Assembly: GCA_028534125.1 (NCBI GenBank) | Contig: CM052816.1 | Span: 5,644,001-5,708,000 of the forward strand | Reading direction: 5' to 3' | From: Lama glama | Lineage: Eukaryota | DNA: 64,000 nt | Part shown: positions 11,513 to 25,872 of the stretch, in pieces | How the letters are laid out: every line of letters begins with the position of its first letter | Position numbering within the stretch: the first letter of the stretch is position 1 | The notes under the pieces: generated by a model | What the model saw: the letters and a program-made list of their open reading frames with translations, nothing else | Told to the model about the DNA's origin: nothing | The model's database searches: none | Position numbers and translations under genes: made by a program

Positions 11513-14500
11513 CTGTTATTGCTTTAAATAATGTTCTTTACCTTCTCTGCAGACAAGTCTTGTGCATCTTTTGTTAGATATATTTCTTGGTGTTTACTTT
11601 TTCATTTTCTAACTTTGTTCCTAGTATATAGAAAAGAAATGGATTTTAATGTTAGTAATATTGCAAAACTCACTGGTATGTTGTATTAATTTATTTATAG
11701 ATAATTTAGATTTTTTATATATGCAATCCTATCACTCATGAATAATGACAGTTTTGTTTCCTCCTTTTCAGTCTCTCCATGGTTAGTATCTCTTACTTGT
11801 GTTACTGTATTAGCTAGGACAAATCTGTACAATATGGAATAGTAGGGTGACACTGGGCAACCTTGCCTTTCTCCCAATCTTAAAGGGAGAGTTCCAATAT
11901 TTTACTTTTCAGTTGCTATTAGACTTTATAAAGACAGTCTTTATTAGAAAAAGGAAGTTACATTTCTATTCTAGATTGTTAAGAGTTTTTTTTTAAATCA
12001 TGACTGGATTTTGAATTTCGTTCAATAGCATTTTCACAACTACTAAAATACTCACATATTTTTCTCCATTGTTTAATGTAGTGAAGTATATTGATTTTCT
12101 TTTTACTTTGTACTTTAGAATAATTTTAGATTTACAGAAAAGTTGAAAAGATGGTACAAAGTGTTTCCATATGCCTTCACCAGCTTTTTGTAATGTTAAT
12201 ATTTTATAAAACTATAGTATATTTATCAGAATTAAAATTGGATAGTAAAAACATAAACTCGATTGTGTTACTGGAATAAACCTCAAATTGGTTATAATTT
12301 TTATCCTTTTATACATTGTTAAATATGTGAATTTAAAAAGTTTTTATATTTATGAGTAAAATTCACGTAATTTTTTTCTCATATTGTCATAGGCAGAGTT
12401 TTTTTTTTTTATCAAGATACAGTCAAATGAATTTGGGGATTTTCCTTCTTTTTCTGTATTTTGGAGCAGTTGGTGACAGATTAGTAATTTCCTTAAATGT
12501 TTGGTAGAAGTCTTTGTGGGAGGTTTTTAGATTATGAATTCAGTTTTTTTTATAGTCTTAGAATGATTCAGGTTTTCTATTTGTTTTAGATTCAGTATTC
12601 TTAACTTGTATTTTTCTAGGAATTTATCCATTGCACCACAGTTTTCAAATTCACTGTCTTAAAGTTGTTCATAATAGCCTCTTGTTGTCTTTTTAATTGC
12701 TGTCAGATCCATAGTGATATTCCTGGTATTATTCATTTGTTCTTTCTCCTTTTTTGCCTTAATCATCTCACTAGAGACTTATCAGTTTTATTACTTTTTT
12801 CAAAAGAATAATATTGGCTTTGCTGATCTGCTTTACTGAATATTTATTTCATTGATTTTTGCTTTTATTCAATTTTTTCCTTCTGTTTCTTTTGGGTTTA
12901 TTTGTTCTTCATATAACCTCTTGAAATGGGTGCTTAACTCATTAATTTGTAGTCTCCTTTTTGTAATAAATGTATATAAGCTATAATTTTCGCTCTAAAT
13001 ACAGCTTTGGCTGAACTTCAAATTTTGGTAAGTGGCATTTTAATTAGCATTCCATTAAGATAGTTTATAATTTATATTTCAATGTTTTTAATTCATATGT
13101 TCTTTAAAGTGCATTTCTTAATGTACAAACATGGAATTTTCTAATTACTTTCATTTTTTAATTGCACTAGAGTCAGAAACTTTGTATTTATGATTTCTTG
13201 GTATTTGTACCATCTTTAGGGCCAGAACATAGTCATAAATATTTCACGTGTGCTTGAAAAGAATGTGTATTCTGCAGTCACTGGGCACAGTATTTTGTGT
13301 ATATTCTTTATACCGTGATCACTATTTGCATTGTTCAAATTTTCCATGTCTTCACTGATGTTTTGTGTGTTTGTTCTGTCAGTTACTGAAAGAGGTGTAT
13401 TTAAATCTGCTCTGCTTGTTAATTGGTCTATTTCTCTTTGTAATGATACTGATTTTTATCTGGTATATTTGGGGGCCATTTTAGGTAAATGTCCCTTGTG
13501 AGTTAAATCTTTGCCTTTGCTGTAGGATATTGAGCGAGTCTAGTGAGGAGATGACCTCAGTTTGGGATTTGTAGTTGCTGTAGTTGCTCTCTGTATACCA
13601 GGTTTTACACTCCTATAGTTGTACCTTGTGTTGAGGTTGGGAGATAGTTTGCTAGATGGTTTTCCTCAAGGTCAGCTCCACCATCAACTTTAAGTGTTCT
13701 TTTGCACTTTACCTTAAGGTAGGTTTCTCTCAAATCTTTCACCCCTTTTGATCCTCTCCCTCCCTCTTCCAGAAGTTTCTGTTATTGCTGGTTACTGGAT
13801 GCTTGTTGGTGAAGGCTGGGTGAGGGGCGTCCTGGGTACTGAATACACCTCCATCTTTCACAGGTGTATTGTGCTTGTGGGTCTTATGGCAGTGGCCCTC
13901 TCAGAGCTCCTGCCTCTTTCCCAGCTGTGGTTCTGAGCTCATCTGTATTCCTGCCTCTCCCTAGGAGTAGAGGAATTTTTTGTTCCCTTCCCTCAGTTCT
14001 AGTGGGGTTTCACTTGAGTACTGGTGGGACAACATTGTTTGTCACCCCTGGCCCAGTTTTGTAGGGGAGAAATGAAGGACTTGGGTAGATTTTGTGCCCT
14101 TGAGAGGTAGCTGCTGTTCCCCTTCCCCACATCTGCACCAGGAGGAACAGCCTCTCAGGGTTCTCACGTCATTTTGGCATGTTTGTAGTGAGGTCTGTGG
14201 AGAAGAAACCACAACCGGGTCACATAAACACACCCTGTATTTATAGCTCCAAGGGGCTCTGCGTATTCTCACCAGCCCACACTTGGCCTTACTGACTCGT
14301 GAACAGTTCCAGCTGAATTCTTCTTACCAGTGTCTGCCTTTGTTCCAGGTAAGCAGCTGCTCACATCCTGTCCTCTTCTGCAAATCCTGTCTCTCCTTAG
14401 TTTTCAGACTTGTTGCCCTGTGTCTCCAGCTTTCTGATAGGTTCAGGAAAAGTCATGAACTTGGAATTTTTCTGACTTGTATGTTGTGTTATATGTTGTT

Positions 14501-16980
14501 GTAATCATTTTTGCAACTCTCTGTAGCCCAAGCAGAAGTTCATTGGGTCTCTTAAATCTGTAAATTAATGTCTTTCTTCAGTTTTGGAAACTTCTTAGCC
14601 ATCATCTATCTAAATATTTCTTCTGTTTCAGCTTCTCTCTCTTCTTCTTTTGGGTCCAATGAATATATTCTCAGTGTATTTCTTCTATTATCCCCAGAGG
14701 CAGTATTGGAATGTCTTCCTACCCATTTTTTGGCTATATACATTTATATTGCCAATAAATATTATGTGGTATTTTAATTTATACAATCTCTAACATACTG
14801 TGCATATCATTCTGCAATTCGTTCTTTTGCTTTAACATTATGGTTTTGAAACCTATGCATCTATAGATCTGGTTGCTTCATTTAGACTAGAGCACTGCAG
14901 AATTTCTATATGGTATTCCACCTATGGAGGTACTAAATTTATTAGTCAATTTATCAATTTTTCTGTTAGTGAACATTTAAGTTTTTAAAAGCCCCCCCCC
15001 ATTACAAATTTTGCTTCAACAAATGATCTTGCATGCAGCATCTGGTCCACATGGGCAGGTGTTTCCCTATGGACTACACCTGGAGACCGAACTGCTGAGT
15101 GTATCTCACAAACATCAAGTTTTCTCGTTACTTTTGCTCCTTGCCGAATTGCACTTGGTATAGATATACCCATTTTAAAATTCACTAGATATCACCAAAT
15201 TGGTATCTAAAGTAATTATAATAATATATCATCCTGTTTGTTTTCTCATGTCCTTACCAGCATTTGGTATTGTTAGACTTTTTTATTTTTATTCATCTGA
15301 TGGATGTGAAATGGTGCCACATAACCTTGATTTCCTCTTACGGTTTTTCTTATGGTTGTTTCTTGGCTTGATTTCCTCTTTATTTCCTTTGCTCCTTTTT
15401 CTGTTTTATTTTCTGTCCCTTAATCACTTGTAGCCATTCATATAAATCTTTTCTCTAATCCTTATTCTGCATTGTGAGTCCTCCTACTTAGCTGCTTATC
15501 TTTTAAATTAGTTTATAGTACTTTTATCACCCATGACGTTTAAATTTTAACATGGTTAAACCTAACAATTGTTTTCTTTATTCACTGTGCTTTTTTTTGG
15601 TCTTGTTTAAACAAATTCTTTCCAATTCTAGTGTCAAGAAGATTTTCTACTATATTTCTCCAAATAAATCTAAAATTTGTCCTTAACGTTTAGGTTTCAA
15701 CTTCGTCAGGAATCTCTGTGTAGAGTGTGGAATAAAGGCTTAATTTTATTTTTTTCCAAATGGAAATAACATACATTAAATAATCTTGCTTTTTCTTCAA
15801 ATTTGTGATACTATGTTTCTAATATTCTAACTTGCCAATGCTTTTGTCTGTTTCTAGGTTCTCTATGCTATTTATGGATCTATTTGTCTATCCAAATGCT
15901 AATGCCATACTCCTCATGTTATTTCTTACAGGAATTCTGTTTGGTTTTAATTATAATGGTCTTTAATGTTATAGGTTAATTCAGAGAAAATCTTCATATC
16001 TAAGTTATTTAGTCATCCACAGACCTGATTATTTCTCCATTTATTCAGATCTTTTTTTGTGACCTTCAATAACATTTAAATATTTTCTCATTGAGGTAGT
16101 AAACTTCTTTTATTAGATGTAGTTTTTAATTTTTATCAACTGTTGTGGATGGTGACAGTTTTCCCCTTATATTCATTGATTGACTACTGATAATACATAA
16201 ATAGTTATTGATTTCTATAGTTGATGTTTATATCTAATAACCCTGCTGAATTATCTTATAAAACTTATGGCAGTTTGAATTTTTTCTTTTAATTTAGTTT
16301 TCTACATAGAGGAATCATTAGCAAGTAACAAAAATTTTTGATTCTTATACTAGTTGTTTTTCCCTGTCTTACTTCATTGGCTAAGATCTTCATTAAAATA
16401 ATCATAGACGTTGCAGTGAGAATCTTTATCTTGTTCCTGAATTTAGTGGGAATGCTTCTGAAGTTTCATCATTAAGTATTATATTTGCTTTAGGTTTTTG
16501 AAAGGTTTTTATACCTTTTTTTAAAATATGAATTTTTTTGCTACTCATATTAGGAAAATGCATGAAATGTTATCTACTGCTTTTTATGCATGCATTGAGG
16601 TGACCATGTGTTTCCCCACATTAGTCTGTTAGTGTGTTAATTTTTTTAGATATTCTGATTTTGAAATAATCTTGCATTCTTGGAATAAAGCACACTTGGA
16701 CATGATTTATTACATTTAAAATACTGCTGCATTCAACTAATGAGTATTTTATGTATATCCATTTATAAATTAGGTTGATCAACAATTCTCTACTACTAGC
16801 CTTTTCTTATTTTAGTATGAAAAGCATGTGCCTTATAAAGTCAGTGGGGTAGCTGTCTTTTTCTAATCTTTGAAGTATTTTACATTAATCATAATTTAAA
16901 TGTTCTTTGAACATTTGTTAAATCCCTTTTTAAAACTGAGACTGGAACCTTCACAAAAGAGAAATTTTTAAAAATATTTC
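11513..16980 (-). mobile_element. Cluster of old antisense L1 (L1M) ORF2/UTR remnants
   Basis: T-rich strand; - strand remnant ERQGCPVSP resembles the L1 RT motif RQGCPLSP. Confidence 0.75.
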
Positions 16981-17979
16981 TAGTTATTTGAGGTGGAAAG
17001 AGGGGATTTGCTACATCAGCTTAGTTTGGCATTTTTAAAGGAAATCTCATCTTTCTGTGCATTATTATGTATTTTCCACAAAGGGGAAATAAAGACGCTT
17101 CTTTGTGACCTTTTAAAATTATGAATTAAAAAATTCCTGATTGATAGAGGATTTAGGGGACGATCTATCTATATTCAGGGTTTGAGTTGGACGTAGGGAA
17201 ACTGAAACTGTGCTCTCCCTCCAGAAGTGGGTGCTACCATTTGACCCCCACCCAAATGTTGAGTACCATTTCTGGCCTGTGTGCTAACTGATTATTGGAG
17301 CTACCATTTAATGTACCTATTTGCTGCTCTTCATGTAACGATAATAACCTTAGACGAGTTTTTTGTTGTTTGTATTTTACACAAGAGAGAAAAAGATGAT
17401 TGGAGAAATTAAGTAACTTGGTCAAGGTTACTTGGCTGAGAAAACCGCAGAGGAGGGTTGTGAAGCCATGTGTATCTGATTCATCACATCATGGCTGGCA
17501 CTCCAGAAATATTTGCTATTGCTCTTTAATCCTTGCTTTAATACATAGTCGCTAGCTGAAGAGTTGTTTGTCAAGCCAATTTTCCCTCAAGTTTAATTTG
17601 ATTTTAATAACTCCTTTCATGGTCTCTTTGGCAGCAGCCATGTTTACCATGTTCTGTTTAGGCAAAAACAGTATCACTGTCCCCCACACCTTTTCTAATT
17701 CTTTTACTCCCTCTTCTAAGTTACCTGTGTATAATCTTTTGTACCTTTGGCATGATTTATTAATACAGTCTCAACAGATTTATTTAGTTGAACAGAAGAT
17801 ATGAATGACATTTTCTCTGTAATCACCATTAACTGATCATATGATTGAGATAGAAACATTTTAGTCAAATTGGCAGAATCATTAGAAAGGCTTGTTTCAC
17901 TATTTCTGTTTTCCAGTAGACCTCTGCTTCTGCACATGTGAGAGGCAGTATTGGTGGGGTGGTGAAAATCACCATCTCT

Positions 17980-18092
17980 TTGTTTTTCTGTTTGTTTGTT
18001 TGTTTTGTTTTTTGATGAAGGTACTGGAGATTGAACCAGGACCTCGCGCATGCTAAGCAGCTGCAATACCACTGAGCTCTATAGCCTCCCCC
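17980..18092 (-). mobile_element. tRNA-derived camelid-type SINE
   Basis: (tttg)n tail followed by ggtactggagattgaaccaggacctcgcgcatgctaagc...cactgagctctatagcctcccc. Confidence 0.8.
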
Positions 18093-18227
18093 TGAAAAGC
18101 ACCATCTTTGTAGCAGAATGATTTGATTCTGATCCTAGCGTCACCATTTTTAATGGGGGCAGAGGGAAGCTTAGCAAATTACTTAACGTCTGTAAGATAG
18201 GCACTCTCTGACATACTTTTCTCCCCT

Positions 18228-19270
18228 GTTTTATTTTTATATTTTGAGATATAATTCATACTGTAAGATTCTCTATTTAAAATTATACAATTTAGTGATT
18301 TTAGTACATTTACAAGGCTGTGCATCTATCACCACTGTCTAATCCAGAGGATCCAAATTAGAATTCTGCTATCAATTTTTATCACCCCAAAAAGACACTT
18401 TGTACCTATAATAGTCACTCTCAGTTTCCCCTCCCCCAGCAGATTAGAGTCACTAATCTGCTTTCTATGTGTATTTTATATCTGTTCTGGATATTTTAAT
18501 ATCTAAATATATAAATGGAATTATATCATATATTGTCTTTTGTGTCTGGCTTCTTTCACTTAGCATAGTGTTTTCAAGGTTCAGCCATGCTGTAGCATAT
18601 GTCAGTACTTTATTTCTTTTCATGGCTGAATAATATTCCAGTATACAAATATACCACATTTGGTTATCCATTCATCAGTTGATAGACATTTGTGTTGTTT
18701 CTAGTTTTGGCTATTGTGAATACTGGTGCAATAAACAATCATGTACAAGTTTTTGTGTGAACAGCATGTTTTCATTTCTCTTGTGTATACCTAGAAGTGG
18801 AATTACTGAGTCATATGTAACTCTATGTTAACTCTGTGAAGAAGGGCCAGACTATTTTTGACAGTAGCCACATCATTTCATGTTCCCAGTAGTAATGTAG
18901 GAGGCTTCCAATTTCCCAACATCTTTGACAACACTTGTTTTCTTCATTTTAGTTTGATTATAGTCATCCTTGTGGGCTTGAAGAGGTGGTTTTTAGTTGC
19001 GGGCTCACAGAAAACGGCCGCACCAGCCCTCGCCCAGTTCCCTAATTATGAATGATGTTGAGGATCTTTGCATGTGCCTATTGACCATTTGTGCATCATC
19101 ACTGGAGAAGTTTCTATTCAAATCCTTCGCCCAATTTTAATTGGACAGCTTGTCTTTTTATTGCAGAGTTTTAAAAGTTATTACATATTCTGGGATCTAG
19201 ACCCTTATTAAACACATGAGTTGCAAATATTTTTTTCCCATCTGTGCTTTGCATTTTACTTCCTTTATAG
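18228..19270 (-). mobile_element. L1MB-like 3' region
   Basis: - strand ORF remnant MWYICILEYYSAMKRN (L1 ORF2 C-terminus). Confidence 0.8.
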
Positions 19271-19595
19271 CTGATGCACATTAGATATGATATTTTATAA
19301 TTCTTGTGAAGGATGCAATATTATACCCATTTTACTGCTGAGAAACAAGAGTCAGTGAGGTTATATGGCCTTCTCAAGTTTCCACAGCCACTAGGAGACA
19401 GGTGCTAAATTCAAACCTAATCTCTGGTTCAAAGCCCGTGAACTTGCTGACCAGATCAGCTACCTCCTTATAAGATAACAACGCAAGACATGATCGAAAG
19501 CAATGCGTGATTCATGACCAACCAAGAGGTATAGATATGGTATGGAAGCAAAGGAGGTTGAAACTGGTCCGAGTCAGAGTGAGCTGGGGAAGATT

Positions 19596-21709
19596 CAAGG
19601 AATCAGCTGAAAGCCTTACGGGGTTTCCCTTGTAAGTAAATTTTTGTTTATCTCTTGCTGCCTTTAGAATTATTTCTTTATCCTTCACCCTGAGCACCCT
19701 GATTATAATACATCTTGGTGTGGGTCTGTTTGGTTTCTTCCCGTTTGGGACCCTCTGTGTTTCCTGTACTTGGATATCTGATTCCTTCTTTAGGTTTGGG
19801 AAGTTTTCAGTCATGATTTCTTCAAATACCTTTTCATCCCCTTTGCTCTTTCTTCTCCTTCTGGGACCTCTATTATGCATAGATTTGCATGCTTTATGTT
19901 ATCCCATAGGACCCTTATTTTGTTTTCATTGGTTTTTATTTGCTTTTCTCTCAGCTGTTCTGATTGGGTGACTTCTGTTGTCCTGTCTTCTAAGTCATTT
20001 GTTTGTTCCTCTACATTATCTAGCCTGCTTTTTACAGCCTTTAGCTTAGCTCTTATCTCAGGAAATGAGTTTTCCAATTTTAATTGGCTCCTCTTTAATA
20101 GTTTCAATTTCCTTTTTGACATATTTTCTGTCTCTATTCACAATCTCTTTTAGTTCCTTTAATACTTTGATCACTCATTTTTTGAAATCATGATCTAGTA
20201 GACGATCAAGGTCTAGTTCATTAATTATTCAGGGGATTTCTCTTGTTCTTTTAATTGGAAGTGGTTCCTCTGCTTCTTCATTTTACTTCTATCTCTCTAG
20301 CACTATGGATTTTGGAGTATCATCTGCTGTGGTCCTGAAGGGGGTTATTTATTTATTTATCTAAAAGCAGATGTGGAAATAAAACTAAAAAAAAATTAAA
20401 AGAAGAAAAAAAATTGAAAACAGTACAATCAATAACAGAAGAACAAAACAGAGAAATAAAAATCAAATTGAGATAAATTTTAAAAAACTTAAAATAAGAA
20501 AAAAGATTTGGAAACAGTGTAATTGATAACAGAACAAAATGAGAAAAAAATGAAAATCAAATTGAGACACATTTTTAAAAAGTAATAAAAAGTTTTTAAA
20601 AGAAAATTTTAAAATGAGTTAAAAAATTAGAAAATTAAAAAAATTTTAATTAAAAAAGAAAAGAAACAGAAAGGAAGATGTGTTCCTGTGGGGACTGTGC
20701 ACTCAATAATTTTGTCGAGAGGTCCTTCTTAAGTATGGGTGGTTGCCAAGTCTTCCTTCCACGTCTTTTGGCTGTTATCCCTTTGCTTGGGGCTGTGGCC
20801 GGTGTTCTGGTGGCCAGAACGTGCCCTGGCCATCGAGCAGGGCGTCCTTTGTGTTCTGTGGTTGTAACCGCTCCTGCCCTCGATCTGCTGCGCGAACTCC
20901 GCTGGCAGGTTCCAGAAGCCCTCGGGTTCCCGCCCCCCGCCCGCGCCCCCACCCCATGCTGCTCCCACTGCCCGTAGGCGGGCGGGTCACACGCCCTCCC
21001 TATGCCAGGTCCTGTCTTCACGCTCATGCACAGTAGGCAGGCGGGTCGCGCCCTGTCCTGGAGCCACGCTCTTGCGAGGTAGGTGACTGGTCACTCGCCT
21101 CTTCTTTGCCGCTCGCCGCGCTGCGTAGGGTCCACGCTCGGGCGGCGGGCTCACAGGAAACGGCGCACCAGCCCTCGCCCCCTCAGCGCGCCAGAGCTCT
21201 GCTCCTTGTTTGTCTCAGNNNNNNNNNNNNNNNNNNNNNNNNNNNNNNNNNNNNNNNNNNNNNNNNNNNNNNNNNNNNNNNNNNNNNNNNNNNNNNNNNN
21301 NNNNNNNNNNNNNNNNNNTAGGGCTGGGGGTCACAGGGACCCTTTCTGTCCACTTAGCTTAGTTCTGTGGGTCAGGGGCCCTTCCTTAGAGATCTGAGCC
21401 TCAGAGGCTCCCCTTCTGTCCCGCTGACCTCTCCGCTGAGACGGGGAGACCCAGCGCACGAACGCTGTTCCGCCTTCGCTGCTCCCTCCCTGCGGGACTG
21501 GTCCCGCACAAATTTCCCTTTTGTTCTTTTTCCCTTTTCTCCTACCAGATTTCTGGGAAATTTTGTCTTTTGAAGAAAGCGATGTTCTGTCAAAGTCCAG
21601 CAGGTGTTCTGACTGGAGGAGTGGGTCTGTGGATGTCAGTCTTGATGTATTTGTGGGAGAAGGTGAGCTACCAGCGTCCCTCAACTCTGCCATCTTGGCC
21701 GCCTCTCCT
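19596..21709 (-). mobile_element. Young L1: CpG-rich 5'UTR plus disrupted ORF1, 3'-truncated
   Basis: ORF1p remnants (FEEIMTENFPNL, KGNPVRLSAD, NLCIIEVPEGEE); 5' end gggagaggcggccaagatggc on - strand. Confidence 0.9.
21219..21318. other. Assembly gap (100 N)
   Basis: N run inside the L1 5'UTR. Confidence 1.
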
Positions 21710-24576
21710 AGCTCGAATCTTGTTTCCTTCCTTCTGCTTGCTTGGGGGTTGGTTTGCTCATCTTTGTCTAGTTCCTCAAAATGGAAATTTAGGATATTGA
21801 TTTGGGACCTTTCTTTTTCTTTAATAGAGGCATTTACAGCTCTCGGCATCCTTCTAACCGCTGCTTTCGCTGCCTCCTGTAAGGTTTGATATGTTGGTTT
21901 TTTTGTGGAGCCCCTGAAGCAGTCAAATCTCTGTTGTCTACAGAGCTGCCGGCTTTTGGCTACCAGGACTCTGACCAGGGAGGGACGAGGATGGGAATAG
22001 CCCTGTTAAAATGTCACAGGCTTGGATGTTCAGCAGTCTGTGTGGGACAGAAGATTTTCAGATCATTTTGTGATTGTTAATTGCTGGAGTACTGAAATGG
22101 TTGATTTTCATTATTTGGCCCCTATTTGCATTGTTTTTGAGGGAACAGGGGTTCCGTGAGGTCCTTCCTCTGCCATCCTGGCCCTTGATTGCTTTTAACT
22201 GGTCTCACGACCCTTGGGGTGGGTGCTGTCATTACCTGCTCTTAGCGGATGAGGAAATGGAGCCTCAAAAACATGCAGTAACTTCCCGAGCCTGCACAGC
22301 TAGTGAGTAGTGAAGCCAGCATTTCAACTTGGGTAACCTCTTAGAACTTTCTGTCCAGCTGTTCCCCTCCCCGCACATGTCTTCCCTGGACTCTTCTTTA
22401 CCTCCTTCACACCTACTTTCAAGTCTTACCTACTCAGTGAGGCCTAGCTTGGCCATCCTCCCTCTGCTGCCTCCATTCTCAGTTTCCCCTTAGTCTGCTC
22501 TGCTGCTTTTCCCCATCAACATAGCATTTTGAAATCTTCCATGTGTGTATTATGTTTATTGTCTGTCTCCTATTGCTAGAGGGTTTGTTCCACAGAGCCA
22601 GTTATCCTTGTCTGTTGATTTTCCCTGTGAGAGTCTGAAAGACGGCCCAGCATACGTGAGGCTCTGGATAAGTGTTTGCTGGATCTGACCCAGAGCTCCA
22701 GCTCTCAACCCTAAGTTAGGAGCAGGGTCTGGACTTGAACTGTCACCTGCCTTTCTCTGAAGCCCACATTCTTAATATCCAGTCCTATGAGTTCCCCAAG
22801 GAATAAGGTCCACCCTAGCCCAGGTACCATTAGGTTTGCCTTCACCCCAGGGGTTACAGGGTTTATTCCCAAATAGGCCTCCAGGAAGCTGCTGCACCCC
22901 TGTGTGCCTCATATCTGCCCCCTTCCCCAACCAGCAACTCTCAGTGACACTCTTTCCATGGTGTGGGGATGTGGGGACTGGGGCAGGGGCTGAGTGTCTT
23001 CTGGGCAGCCAAGCAACTGATGGAAGTGTTTTTCTGCAGAAAGTGGACATACCAGAGGAAAAGGAAGTGTGCGTGTGTGTATTTTTGCAGGTGCACATAT
23101 GCACACATAGTGCGTGTGTGGAGACAGAGTAGCTGTATGTGCAAAGTCTCTGAGATAGGAACTATGTGAGGAACAGAAAAAGCCCATCCTGAGGTGAAGA
23201 AGGCGGGGGAGGGAGGGGGAAGGGCACTGCATCCCTGAGCTCCAGGGACAGGGGAGCATTGGAGGAGCCCGTCTCTCCCGTGAGTGTCAGCGTGAGCACA
23301 GCCGCCCTTCCTCTGTGGCTATGAAACACTTCCACAGTGACTAAGTAAGTCTCAGATAACAGATAGAGACGTCAGGCCTGGAAAAGTCATTTGAGACATG
23401 CTTTCATAGAATGGAGGAGAACAGGCCTACAGTGGTGTCCAAAATGACCCAGGAGGTTGATGAGTTGGTGGCAGATTCTTACCTCTTAGAATCTTTCTAT
23501 TATGGGAAATTTTATTTCACATTTCTTTCTCTTACCCTTTTTTTAAAAACCTGTGCTTTGTATAGAGTGGATACTGCATTAAACACTTCCCACCCATTAC
23601 ATCCAGTAACTCTTTATGAATGAGGCAGGTTTTGCTATTAACCAGACTTGGCAGATGAGAAGCAGAGACTCAGAGAGATGGGGGCATCTTCACCAGGGTC
23701 ACATGGTCAGCAAGTGGTTATGCTCAGACTGTAACCCGTGTCAGTTCGACTTCCTACTCTGCCTTAGGCCCCCAATCCCTCTTTTGCCTTCACTGGCTGA
23801 TAGACCAGTTAGTCTGGTGGAGGCTGCCTGGATCTGTGGGGAGGCAGGCAGTGAGGTGGAGTTAGGCTGACCCAGGATGCTCTGCTGGTACTTCCCCAAA
23901 ATCAGAGGAAGTGAAGCCCTGTCACACTGAGACCATCTGGGCCTCATGGGCAGCAGCACCTTGGATCTAGGATCTGGGTGAATTAACCTCCTCCAGTGCT
24001 CGTCTCTGCCAGAGTGTCTGGCCTCTAAACCCACTGAGAGGTTGGCTGTCCTGCTGCCTGTGAGCCCCTGGGCTGCTGACTTGCAGGTGCCTGTTTCCCA
24101 TTCATCATCCACACGGTCACCAGCCTTCCTCATGGGCTTCCCCTCTCTGTAGTTCTTGAAGCATTTACAGCATTGTCGGCATCCGCCTCCAGTATCAGTG
24201 GCCCCACTGGAGAGTCTGCGAAGTGCTTTTCTCATGAAACATTTTATATTCTCCTCTCTGGGATTCATATCATCCTTATCTCCATCTTTCCAATGAGAAA
24301 AACTGAACTCTGATGGTAAAAATACATTAAAACACCCATGGTCACAAAACTAGCCAGTGGCATTGGGGCTCAAGGTCGTGGTCTTTACCCTCCCCCGAGA
24401 CATGCCAGTGTTGCAGAGTAGCTGCCATTTTGTTATCATCTGTGTGTTCCTTAATCAATCCTCTAAGTTTTGCAGTTGGGGAAAATATTGCTCAGAGGAG
24501 TCAGGACAGGCTCGGGGGTCTCATAACTTGTGGATCAGAGAACTGGGAGGCAAACTCAGGTGTGTGTGATCCACGC

Positions 24577-24893
24577 TGTTACAGATGGAACTGCGTGTCC
24601 TCCAAATTCGAGTGTTGAAGTCCTAGCCCATAGTATCTCAAAATGTGACCTCATCTGAGACCAGGGTTGTTGCAGGTGTAATCAATTAAATTAAAACGCA
24701 CTCATACTGGAGCGGGAGGCCTATAATTCATTATGACTGATGTCCTTTTAAAAAGGGGATATTTGGACACAGACATGCACACAGTGACACCACCATGTGA
24801 CATTAAAGGCAGAAATTGGGATGATGCTTTTATAAAACAAGGGATGCCCGTGATTCTCAGCAAACCACCAGAAGCTGGGAGACAGGCCATGTT
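24577..24893 (+). mobile_element. MaLR LTR (MLT1B-like), partial
   Basis: tgttacagatggaactgcgtgtcctccaaattc...cagcaaaccaccagaagctggg. Confidence 0.75.
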
Positions 24894-24947
24894 ATAGTTC
24901 AGCCAGGGGTGTTGCTGGCTGAGGTGGGGGCGGGAGGAGAGTGCTTT

Positions 24948-25410
24948 TGTTGCAGAAAAATGTGTTACAGCTCGGTGTTACAGCTCAGTGTTGACAGCAA
25001 CCTGGATCGAGGCGAGAGACCAAGCAGCACTCGGAGAGTTGGAGAACTCAGGCTTATTATGCCAGTGGGCCCAGAGGAGTTAACACTCCAAGCTCTGGAC
25101 CCCGGCTGTAGGTTTACACAGGCTTTTATAGGCTGGCAGTTTACACTTTGCAACATCATATGCAAATAAGGTGTAACAAAAGTTGACTAATTAGGAACAA
25201 GCTTTGTAGAAATGGGCCAATCAGGAGTTAGCTCAGGGAACCAATAGAATTTTAGGGGTAAGTTCCATTTTCCTAGAAGTAAGCTGTTTCAGAGGCAAAA
25301 AGTGAGACAGATCCGCTGGGCCAGGGAACCAGATGGTGCTACTACTACTACAGGAGAGTAGTAGCCCTGCCTGGGGATCCTGCTGGTCTTTTTTATGGGG
25401 CTTCCCACCT
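24948..25410 (-). mobile_element. ERV-type solo LTR, relatively young
   Basis: Tandem tgttacagctc near the end, ttttata (TATA on - strand), CCAAT motifs; boundaries approximate. Confidence 0.6.
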
Positions 25411-25872
25411 TATTTTGGTGGTAGAAGCAAAATGCAGCCTTGCAGCTTCAGCCAGCATGATGCCTGTGGAGATGTGGGCAGACTGCTCCGAACTTCCTTA
25501 CTCCAGAGAGGCTGAGTTTTGGAACGTTGGTTACATTAGAGCATCTGATGTTCAGGGGGCCCAGGAGGACCATGGAGATGGAGAAATGCTGGACTGACTG
25601 CTAGGAAATGACTCTGCCACTCATCCTGCTGTGTGACCTTGGGGAAACCTCCTGCCTTCTCTGGGCTTCAGTGAAAAAGTTTGACTAGATGATGTTTAAG
25701 GGTCCTAAGAATCAGATCTAAAGGAAGAGGAAACAAAGGAAACCTTGTCATTTGCAGAAATCAAAGAACTCACTTAGGAGCACTCTTTTCCAACTTGGTT
25801 TCAGGTGTATGGACGAGGCCAGCTGTCTAATTACTCAGCGTGCCAACCACCAACTCTTTATTCCCTTGACTT

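Noticed and set aside
10973..11577. Long ORFs of 184 and 192 aa
   Set aside because: Artefacts of the N gap.
20650..21889. Dense overlapping ORFs and a CpG island suggesting a gene promoter
   Set aside because: Explained by the GC-rich L1 5'UTR.
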